54,625 nucleotides of DNA. It comes from Actinomycetota bacterium. GTDB lineage: Bacteria; Actinomycetota; CADDZG01; WHSQ01. The notes under the pieces are model-generated. The model made no database searches. It saw only the letters and a list, made by a program, of their open reading frames with translations, and was not told where the DNA came from. Location: assembly GCA_035646635.1 (NCBI GenBank), contig DASRPA010000283.1:1-54625 (forward strand), given 5' to 3'. Position 1 is the stretch's first letter. Every line of letters starts with the position of its first letter. A program made the position numbers and the translations under genes. This document shows positions 45,897-54,625 of the stretch, piece by piece.

Positions 45897-47114
45897 TCAT
45901 TCCCGCAACGTGGCACCTCTGCCATGCCCTTCACCCCCCAGCTCCACTTCTTCGATGTAGGGCGGGAGATCCGAGGACCTGACCGCGATCCTGCCCTCGG
46001 CAACTGCAAGCACCGCCTCACCGGCCAGCTCACGGCGCCATCCTCGCAGTATGCGGTAGTCGTTCTCCCTCAGGGAGCCTGCCACGATGAAGGACAGCAA
46101 CGACTCCAGCTCGGAGCGGGTGGCGACGAGCTCGGTGGCGACCCCTGCATCCTCGCAGCGTGCCCTGACCACCGCGTCGGCCAGGGAGCTCAGCAGGCGG
46201 GCCCTCCTTTGGATCACACGTGAGGGGGCCGGACGCTCGGCCTCGATGGGATGGGAGCGGCCCTTCGCGATCGCCTCCAGCAAGGCCTTCTGAGAACGCT
46301 CGGCCTCCTTGGGGCTCAGGCCCCGAATCGCTTCGAGCCCCCTGAGGTCCTTGGGGGCGCGCCGGGCGATCTCTACAAGAGTCGGGTCCTTGATCACCCA
46401 GCCCCGCGGCAGATCGCGGCGGGACGCGCTGCGCTCACGCCACGCTGCCACCTCGCGCAGGACACCGAGCCGGTTTGGGCTCAGGCTCCCCCTCCCGGCC
46501 ACCCGGCGCCACGCCTGCTCGGGATCATTCTCGTAGGCGGAGGTCTGCTCGAGCGGGCCCATCTCCTCCTGCGCCCACGTCAGACGGTGGCGTTCCTGCA
46601 GCTCGGATTCGAGGCGGCCGGCCACCTCGAGGAGATAGGCGACGTCGTCTGAGGCATAGCGCAGCTGCGCCTCGGTCAGGGGCCGCCGGCACCAGTCGGA
46701 ATAGGACTCCCCCTTCTCGAGGGCTCGGCCGGCGACGGCCTCCACGAGTCGTCCGTAGGGAAGGGAGGCGCCGTAGCCGAGGAAGCCGGCCGCGATCTGG
46801 ATGTCGAACACGTTGGCAGGCACGGCCCCGAAGCGGTCGAAGAAGAGCTCGAAATCCTGCTTGCCCGCATGGACGATCACCTGAACGGAGGGATCGGAGA
46901 CCAGCTCGGCGACCGCCGCCACATCGAGGCCCGAGACCGGGTCGACTATGAAGATCCCCTCGGGCGTGGCGAGCTGCACCAGGCAGAGCCGGGCACGATA
47001 GGTGCGTTCTCGCAAGAACTCGGTGTCGAGCCCGACGCATCCGGAGGCCCGCGCGCCGACAACTGCGGCCTCGAGCTCGGCGGCGGATGAGATGACCCGG
47101 GGGAGCTCGCTCAA
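45897..47114 (-). CDS. rnd: Ribonuclease D (DEDD 3'-5' exonuclease plus HRDC)
   Basis: VGLDTEFLRERTYRARLCLVQLAT..., HAGKQDFE, ASDDVAYL. I place the start at TTG 47114, overlapping the upstream stop (TTGA); the track's 47213 start would overlap the ACAD gene by about 100 nt. Confidence 0.8.
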   Translation of the reverse strand: MSELPRVISSAAELEAAVVGARASGCVGLDTEFLRERTYRARLCLVQLATPEGIFIVDPVSGLDVAAVAELVSDPSVQVIVHAGKQDFELFFDRFGAVPANVFDIQIAAGFLGYGASLPYGRLVEAVAGRALEKGESYSDWCRRPLTEAQLRYASDDVAYLLEVAGRLESELQERHRLTWAQEEMGPLEQTSAYENDPEQAWRRVAGRGSLSPNRLGVLREVAAWRERSASRRDLPRGWVIKDPTLVEIARRAPKDLRGLEAIRGLSPKEAERSQKALLEAIAKGRSHPIEAERPAPSRVIQRRARLLSSLADAVVRARCEDAGVATELVATRSELESLLSFIVAGSLRENDYRILRGWRRELAGEAVLAVAEGRIAVRSSDLPPYIEEVELGGEGHGRGATLRE

Positions 47115-48265
47115 GAACCGGTGAGGCCAAGCTCGCGCGCGATCAACACTCGCATGATCTCCGAGGTCCCTTCGCCAATCTCGAGAATCTTCGAGTCTCT
47201 GAAGTGACGGCACACGGGAAACTCCTCGATGTAGCCGTAGCCTCCATGAATCTGCACGGCGTCGCGCGCGGCATCGACCGCGCTCTCAGATGCAAAGAGC
47301 TTGGCCATACAGGCTTCCTTCCTATAGGGACGCCCTTGCTGTTTGAGCCATGAGGCCCGGTAATAGGAGCCTCGGGCGAGCTCGACCTTCATCGCCATGT
47401 CGGCGAGCTTGAACTGGAGGCCCTGGAAGGAGCCGATCCGGCGCCCGAAGGCGGTCCTCTCCGAGGCGTAGCGCAAACTCTCGTCGAGGCACCCCTGGGC
47501 CAGGCCGACCGCGAGCGCCGCGATGGCGATGCGGCCGTCGTCGAGGATGCGCAGGAAGTTGCTAAAGCCCTCACCTCTGTTCCCCAGGAGGTGATCCTCT
47601 GGTACCCGGCAGTCGCTGAACGAGAGCTCATGAGTGTCCGAGTGCCACCATCCCATCTTGCGATAGTCCTTGGAGACCTCGAAGCCCTCGGTCCCCGAAG
47701 GGACGATGAATGCGGAGATCTCCTTATCGCCTTCATTCGTTCCGGTCACGGCCGTGACGGTCACGAACGAGGTGATGGCCGTTCCGGAGTTCGTGATGAA
47801 CGATTTCGAGCCATTGATCAGCCAGTGGCCGTCGCTCAAGCGGGCCGAGGTTCGGGTGGCACCGGCATCAGAGCCGCCGCCCGGCTCGGTCAGGCCGAAC
47901 CCGGCAAGCGCTTCCCCCGCCGCCAGAGGCGGCAGCCACCTGCTCTTTTGCTCCTCGGTGCCGAAGAGATAGATCGGCATTGCGCCGAGCGAGACCGCCG
48001 CCTCCAGCGTGATCGCCAGGGAGGAGTCGACCCGGGCGATCTCCTCGATGGCGAGGCAGAGAGTGAGGAAATCGGCGCCCGAACCCCCGTACTCCTCGGG
48101 GAAGGGCAGCCCGAAGAGCCCCAGCGCCGCCATCTGCTCGACCGCCTCCAAAGGCAGCTCGTGGGACTCGTCCCACGCCTCGGCTCGGGGCCGGATGACG
48201 TCGTCCACGAACGAGCGCAGGGACTGAACGAAATCACGCTGCTCCTCGGCGAGGTCGAAATCCAT
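47111..48265 (-). CDS. Acyl-CoA dehydrogenase (short/branched-chain type)
   Basis: ATG at 48265 (MDFDLAEEQRDFVQSLRSF...). GFGLTEPGGGSDAG, the catalytic region EIGEGTSEIMRVLIAR, and QIHGGYGY. Confidence 0.9.
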   Translation of the reverse strand: MDFDLAEEQRDFVQSLRSFVDDVIRPRAEAWDESHELPLEAVEQMAALGLFGLPFPEEYGGSGADFLTLCLAIEEIARVDSSLAITLEAAVSLGAMPIYLFGTEEQKSRWLPPLAAGEALAGFGLTEPGGGSDAGATRTSARLSDGHWLINGSKSFITNSGTAITSFVTVTAVTGTNEGDKEISAFIVPSGTEGFEVSKDYRKMGWWHSDTHELSFSDCRVPEDHLLGNRGEGFSNFLRILDDGRIAIAALAVGLAQGCLDESLRYASERTAFGRRIGSFQGLQFKLADMAMKVELARGSYYRASWLKQQGRPYRKEACMAKLFASESAVDAARDAVQIHGGYGYIEEFPVCRHFRDSKILEIGEGTSEIMRVLIARELGLTGS

Positions 48266-48302
48266 TGCCGACAGGTTACCGAGAGGGGGCCGGGCCGCGG
48301 TT

Positions 48303-48352
48303 CCCAACCTTGCGGCCGTGACCACCCGTGAGGTGGTTGGGGACACAAAGTT
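48303..48352. repeat. 50-nt imperfect palindrome, family B, copy 2
   Basis: cccaaccttgcggccgtgaccacccgtgaggtggttggggacacaaagtt, 40-90 nt upstream of the acyl-CoA dehydrogenase start. Confidence 0.8.
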
Positions 48353-48367
48353 CGGCTGGGCCGGCGG

Positions 48368-48473
48368 GTGGTGAAAAGCGGACCGAGGACGTTTGACCCC
48401 CCAAAATGGTGCTGAAAAGCGGACCGAGGACGTTTGACCACCGACAGGGGGGGCTAAAAGCGAGTCACCGACC
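48368..48473. repeat. 40-bp tandem repeat (ggtgNtgaaaagcggaccgaggacgtttgacc, two copies) plus a degenerate third unit overlapping the stop of the upstream membrane gene
   Basis: Copies at 48368-48399 and 48408-48439. The partial unit gggctaaaagcgagtcaccgacc lies at 48451-48473. Confidence 0.8.
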
Positions 48474-50271
48474 AATGCAGGTTCCCGTACTCGCCGGCCG
48501 GGGGATCCACCTGTCGGATCACGACCGTGGGTCGAAAGCCCCCTCCTCGGTTGCGCCTGTCCCAGCGCTCGGCGAGCTCGGCGTAACGGATGCGCAGATC
48601 GTTTGAGCTGCGCTCGGGATCGTCATACCCCGCCAGCCTGGCGCCCGATAGCTGCCACAGAAGAAAGGCGAGACGGTCGCCGCCGTCGCCTTGGACACGG
48701 ACCACGTCGCTCGGGCTCAGACGCGCTGCGGCCGTGCGGGCGAAAGCGTCGGGCGCAAGATCGGGCCGATCGTAGGTGAAGCCCTGGAGATTGCCCTCGA
48801 GCAGCTCGGTCATGCGCGCGGAGGCGAGCCATACTGAGAGCGAGCCCACCCCAACCAGGAGGGCACCTGCGGACAGGGCGGCCGCACGGGAGCGAGATGA
48901 CAAGCGCATCGAAAGCTCGGCCAACGCCACTCCCGCCAGGGCTGCCGCCAGGAGATGGGCAACCGGCCACACGCGGCCCTGATGCAGCAGCGTGGAGTTG
49001 CCGGCGAACCGTAGCCCCAGCGCGTCTCTCAGCGCCGCCGCCAGCAGCAGCCCTCCTGTGGCGGCGCACAACCACGGCACGAGGGCTCTGGGACCTCTCG
49101 ACAACCACAGCCCGGCGGCAGCGAGGGGCAGCAGCAGCCCCCAGGATCCGAGTGCGGTTCCGAGCGCCCACTCGACCCCGAGCCTGGGCGTGAGGTCGAC
49201 GAACCCCCCGTAGCGAATGAAGTCGGCCGCTACCGGTCCCGCCCACAGACTGACGACGAGCAGGGCAGCTAGCGAGACCGTAACTGCGAAGCGCAGCCGG
49301 TTGGGGGAGCGCAGGGCGCAGACGGCGGCCCACACAGCTCCGCCGAGGAAAAGAGGTGCGCTGATGAGACCGGTCAGCCCCAAAGCGATCCCGGCCGCGA
49401 TCCTCGCCCCGATGGCCGGCCGCCGCACGGCGGTCACCAGGAGCATTCCGGTCAGGGCGAGCAGCACTAGAGCCAGCTCGCGCGGGAGGGCTGGGGGCAG
49501 GAGCGCATAGGCGCCGTTGGGAGAGGCCACGGTGAGGTCGGCGCCGTGGCGGGCCTGACCGGGAACCGTGGACAGGTATGGCTCCCGGGTCGCCACCCAG
49601 CCGAAGCCACCGATGAGCGCAACAGCCGCCGCGGCTCCCCAGCCCGCGTCCGGGCGCACCCGACGAGCGATGCAAGCGGCCCCCAGCGGCAGCGCGAACA
49701 CGAGCAACAGGTGCCAGGCGTCGTGAGCATCCAGGGCGTCGGAGCCGGGAACGAGGCGAGCAGTGGTCGCCAGCACCGCATGCCAGCCCCACGGATAGGC
49801 GTTGCGGGCCTCAGGGGCCGGGCCCGTGGGAATCGCTTGCCCGCCCAAGAGTTGCTCGGTCCAGCCCAGGTGCCAGGGTGTGTCCCCGGTGCGGGCGCCG
49901 GTGCCGCCGCGCAGTACTGGAACGATGAACGCGAGTGTGAGGACGGCTGCGAATAGCCCCACGCGCAGCCACGGGATACCCACCGGCCGCCGGCCGCGCA
50001 GCAACCCGTAGACCAACACCCCAGCGCCGATTACGGGCACGATCGCGGCGACACCGAAGGTGGCCCCGCCGGTGACGAGGTTCGTGATCATGAGGACGAC
50101 TGCTAGAGCGACGAAACTCCCGATCGCCCCGAGGGCGCGCTCTGGGAGCCCGATCTCGTCCGGGACGTCACTTCGAAAAATCGCTCGCAGCAACCCCTCA
50201 GCGCACACCCACCCCACGACGACCACCAGGGCGGCGAGGCCGAGAATGCGGATCAGGTCGGGGCCGCTCAC
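48454..50271 (-). CDS. Large polytopic membrane protein, paralogue-like of the 39645..41657 product
   Basis: 605 aa, GTG start, many hydrophobic helices. It shares a periplasmic-loop motif with the 39645 protein. No family identified. Confidence 0.6.
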   Translation of the reverse strand: MSGPDLIRILGLAALVVVVGWVCAEGLLRAIFRSDVPDEIGLPERALGAIGSFVALAVVLMITNLVTGGATFGVAAIVPVIGAGVLVYGLLRGRRPVGIPWLRVGLFAAVLTLAFIVPVLRGGTGARTGDTPWHLGWTEQLLGGQAIPTGPAPEARNAYPWGWHAVLATTARLVPGSDALDAHDAWHLLLVFALPLGAACIARRVRPDAGWGAAAAVALIGGFGWVATREPYLSTVPGQARHGADLTVASPNGAYALLPPALPRELALVLLALTGMLLVTAVRRPAIGARIAAGIALGLTGLISAPLFLGGAVWAAVCALRSPNRLRFAVTVSLAALLVVSLWAGPVAADFIRYGGFVDLTPRLGVEWALGTALGSWGLLLPLAAAGLWLSRGPRALVPWLCAATGGLLLAAALRDALGLRFAGNSTLLHQGRVWPVAHLLAAALAGVALAELSMRLSSRSRAAALSAGALLVGVGSLSVWLASARMTELLEGNLQGFTYDRPDLAPDAFARTAAARLSPSDVVRVQGDGGDRLAFLLWQLSGARLAGYDDPERSSNDLRIRYAELAERWDRRNRGGGFRPTVVIRQVDPPAGEYGNLHWSVTRF

Positions 50272-50309
50272 TTCTTATCCACGCGATCCTCCAGCGGATC
50301 GCTCATCCC

Positions 50310-52046
<1,737 letters not shown>

Positions 52047-52052
52047 CAGTGC

Positions 52053-52829
52053 TTAGCGATTGCGCCAGCGAGGGTTGCGCTTGTCATTGAAGGCGGCGAC
52101 GCCCTCGGCGCGGTCCTCGGTGACGATCACCCGGGCCCAGGCCTCGTTCTCGAGCTCCAGAGCGCGGGCCAGCGGCTCGCTCCACGATGCCTCGATGAGG
52201 CGCTTCGCCTCCCGAACCACCACCGGCGACGAGCCGCACACCTCCCGGGCCAGTTCGAGGGCGGAGGCTTGCAGCTCGGCGGCGGGGACGATGCGAGTGG
52301 TGAGCCCCATCTCGTGGGCCTCCAAGGCCTCCAGACGGCGGCGGGTGTAGACGATCTCCTTGGCACGGCGAACCCCCACCATGCGGGCCAGCAACAGCGT
52401 CCCCCCGCCGGCCGGGAGCAGCCCCACGCCTGCTTCCGGAAGTCCCATGCGGCACCCCTCGGCGGCGACCATGAGATCGCACGACAGGGCCAGCTCGAAG
52501 CCTCCTCCGAGCGTCCAGCCGAAGACCGCAGCGATGCTCGGCTGGGGAAGCTCTCTGAGGGCCTGGAACATTCCCGAGATCTGGCGCCTGTTCGAGTACC
52601 AGTCGTCGATCTCGAAGCTGCCCCGTTCCTTCAAATCGGCCCCCACACAGAAGGCCTTGTCGCCCGCCCCGGTGAGCACGGCAACGAGGATGTCGGGGCG
52701 CGAGCCGACCTCTCTGAGAACCTCGCGCAGGGACTCGGCCACGCCCGAGGAGATCGCATTAAGAGCCTCGGGACGATCGAGTGTGATGACACCGATGTCG
52801 TCCTCGACTTGCAGCGTGACCAGGCTCAT
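52053..52829 (-). CDS. Enoyl-CoA hydratase/isomerase (crotonase) family; methylglutaconyl-CoA hydratase-like by context
   Basis: ATG at 52829 overlaps the upstream stop (ATGA). ITLDRPEALNA...GAGDKAFCVGADLKE...GGGFELALSCD. Confidence 0.85.
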   Translation of the reverse strand: MSLVTLQVEDDIGVITLDRPEALNAISSGVAESLREVLREVGSRPDILVAVLTGAGDKAFCVGADLKERGSFEIDDWYSNRRQISGMFQALRELPQPSIAAVFGWTLGGGFELALSCDLMVAAEGCRMGLPEAGVGLLPAGGGTLLLARMVGVRRAKEIVYTRRRLEALEAHEMGLTTRIVPAAELQASALELAREVCGSSPVVVREAKRLIEASWSEPLARALELENEAWARVIVTEDRAEGVAAFNDKRNPRWRNR

Positions 52830-54367
52830 ACGGGAGGGACACCTCGCAAGCCGCGCGCGCGCGCCGAGTTGACATGAAGCGCGCTGAGGCGGCGGGAGAT
52901 CTCGGCTCTCAACTCGTCGGGCTGGACCACCGCATCGACCACGTTGTCCGAGGCAAGGCGGACGAGGTCGATGTCTGACGAGTACTCCGCGCGCTTGCTC
53001 GCCACGAAGGTGGCGCGCTCGTCGGCATCTTCGATGGCGTGGATCTTGTTGTAGTAGACCGCGCTGACCGCGGGCTCCGGCCCCATGACCGCTATTCGTG
53101 CGGTCGGCAGCGCGATGGTCGCGTCGGGCTCGAAACCCGGTCCCGCCATGGCGTAGAGACCTGCTCCATAGGCCTTTCGAACCACCACGCACAACTTCGG
53201 CGTGGTGGCCTGAGAGACCGCCGTGATCATCTTTGCGCCGTGCCTGATGATCCCTCCGCGCTCGACATCGGTACCGATCATGAATCCGGGCACATCAGCC
53301 AAGAACAGCAGCGGCAGATTGAACGCGTCGCACAGCCAGATGAAACGGGCGGCCTTGTCGGCCGAGTCGATGAAGAGAACGCCCCCCTTCTGCTGCGGCT
53401 GGTTGGCAACGATGCCCACGGCGCGGCCCTCGATGCGAGCCAGCCCGGTGATGAGCTCCGGAGCGAAACCGGGCTTGATCTCGAACAGGGACTCCTCGTC
53501 GACGATACCGGCGATCAGCTCGAACATGTCGAAGACGCGGCTCTCGTCATCCGGGACGACCCTCGAAAGCGAGCCGCGAAAGGCAGGGGGCCGGGCCTCC
53601 AAGCTCGGCGCCGCGAGCTCGTAGGACTGCGGGAAGTAGGAGAGGTAAGCGCGCGCGGCTTCGATCGCCGCTTTGTCATCCGACACCAACAAGTCGCCGC
53701 AGCCGGAGACCTCGCAGTGCATGCGCGCCCCGCCCATCTCCTCGAGCGTGACCTTCTCTCCGACGACTTCCTCCGCCATGCGCGGCGAGCCCAGGTACAT
53801 CGAGGCGTTGTGCTCGACCATGAACACGACGTCGCAGAACGCGGGGATGTAGGCGCCGCCGGCCGCCGAGGGGCCGAACAGGCAGCAGATCTGCGGGATG
53901 TGCCCGGACGCCTGGACCTGGTTGTAGAAGATCTTTCCGGCCCCCCGCCGTCCGGGGAAGAGGTCGACTTGGTCGGTGATGCGGGCGCCGGCGGAGTCGA
54001 CGAGATAGAGGATGGGGTGGGAGTGTTTGCGGGCGAGCTCGATGATGCGGATGATCTTCTCGACCGTTCGAGCGCCCCACGAACCTGCCTTGACCGTCGC
54101 GTCGTTGGCCATGACCGCCACCGGGCGACCGTCGATGCGGCCCACCCCGGTAACGACTCCGTCGGCGGGGAGATCACCGCTCAGGGCATTGACCAAGAGC
54201 CCGTCCTCGGCGAAGCCGTCCATCGAGTCGAGCAGCAGCGCGAGCCTCTCGCGCACGAACAGCTTGTTCTGCTCCACCAGCCGAGAGTGGTATTTCTCGG
54301 CCCCCCCTTGCTCGGCGCGCGAGGAGAGCTCGGCGAGGTTCGAAAGCCGGGGGCCGGGATCGGTCAT
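52826..54367 (-). CDS. Acyl-CoA carboxylase carboxyltransferase (beta) subunit
   Basis: 513 aa. KLFVRERLALLLD..., VTGVGRIDGRPVAVMANDATVKAGSWG, ILYLVDSAGARI, GVLFIDSADKAARFIWLCDAFNLPLLFLADVPGF. Confidence 0.9.
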   Translation of the reverse strand: MTDPGPRLSNLAELSSRAEQGGAEKYHSRLVEQNKLFVRERLALLLDSMDGFAEDGLLVNALSGDLPADGVVTGVGRIDGRPVAVMANDATVKAGSWGARTVEKIIRIIELARKHSHPILYLVDSAGARITDQVDLFPGRRGAGKIFYNQVQASGHIPQICCLFGPSAAGGAYIPAFCDVVFMVEHNASMYLGSPRMAEEVVGEKVTLEEMGGARMHCEVSGCGDLLVSDDKAAIEAARAYLSYFPQSYELAAPSLEARPPAFRGSLSRVVPDDESRVFDMFELIAGIVDEESLFEIKPGFAPELITGLARIEGRAVGIVANQPQQKGGVLFIDSADKAARFIWLCDAFNLPLLFLADVPGFMIGTDVERGGIIRHGAKMITAVSQATTPKLCVVVRKAYGAGLYAMAGPGFEPDATIALPTARIAVMGPEPAVSAVYYNKIHAIEDADERATFVASKRAEYSSDIDLVRLASDNVVDAVVQPDELRAEISRRLSALHVNSARARGLRGVPPV

Positions 54368-54388
54368 CGTGGCGGTCGATCCTAGCGT

Positions 54389-54433
54389 CGAGTGGTGGCC
54401 AGATGCTCTATATGGTCATTTAGCCACCACTCG
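54389..54433. repeat. Hairpin repeat, family C, copy 2 (CGAGTGGTGGC ... GCCACCACTCG with an A/T-rich loop)
   Basis: 11-bp perfect stem and a 23-nt loop, 22 nt upstream of the carboxyltransferase ATG. The stem core GAGTGGTGG/CCACCACTC is identical to 11927-11973. Confidence 0.8.
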
Positions 54434-54445
54434 GCATCCGGTCTA

Positions 54446-54625
54446 AGTGCTCCGCACCGGAAATACGGTGCGCACCGAGAGCGCCACTGCGCCCCGGTTC
54501 GCCAGGCGCGAGGAGCGCTGCGTACCTGGAAGGTACGTGAGCGACAGATTGAATCCCAATTCCAACCTCGGCGGAGCCGTGGAACGCCGCGAGCGGGGAT
54601 GCAGAGGCGTTCGAATGCCACCGTA
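54446..54625. repeat. Structured dispersed repeat, family A, copy 2 (truncated by the window end; carries an extra internal segment of about 33 nt)
   Basis: Aligns with 4381-4527 apart from scattered substitutions. gagacac in copy 1 is replaced by a 40-nt segment, agattgaatcccaattccaacctcggcggagccgtggaac. Confidence 0.85.

Overview
High-G+C, actinobacterial-style chromosomal segment (Rubrobacteria/Thermoleophilia-like is only a guess from codon usage). It is densely packed with housekeeping and metabolic genes, and I see no transposase, integrase, phage, CRISPR, rRNA or tRNA. Main blocks, left to right: (1) a sulfite-oxidase-like Mo enzyme, an MBL hydrolase, a YgfZ-like protein, pterin dehydratase, ispH and nth; (2) a TetR-led paaABCD phenylacetyl-CoA epoxidase operon; (3) a 1019-aa GAF/GGDEF/HD-GYP c-di-GMP protein; (4) small PPOX, HesB-like, acylphosphatase, PadR and RDD genes, followed by a decayed zone holding a DUF4386 pseudogene and an inverted pheA fragment; (5) a long minus-strand branched-chain amino-acid operon: leader peptide/attenuator, orf87, ilvB, ilvN, ilvC, leuA, leuB, an orphan LeuA regulatory domain, and pheA; (6) vapBC, ilvD, an ABC1 kinase, an M28 peptidase, a LysM protein, and archease/RtcB; (7) a selenium-binding-protein homologue with a cupin, fpg, DUF488, class I FBA, a phosphoribulokinase-like gene and a CBS protein; (8) a GT-C/GT-C/GT2 envelope glycosylation cluster; (9) a NYN-LOTUS protein, RNase D, and an acyl-CoA dehydrogenase plus acyl-CoA carboxylase/enoyl-CoA hydratase (leucine-catabolism-like) cluster. 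I did not find a convincing novel multi-gene system such as a defence island. The unusual content is mostly non-coding or structural: an unannotated BCAA leader-peptide attenuator; at least four families of structured dispersed repeats; many short tandem duplications, three of which duplicate a gene's last codons plus its stop codon; several apparent single-base frameshifts in otherwise intact genes; and an inverted partial duplicate of pheA. All coordinates, alignments and counts were worked out by hand from the sequence and should be re-verified computationally.
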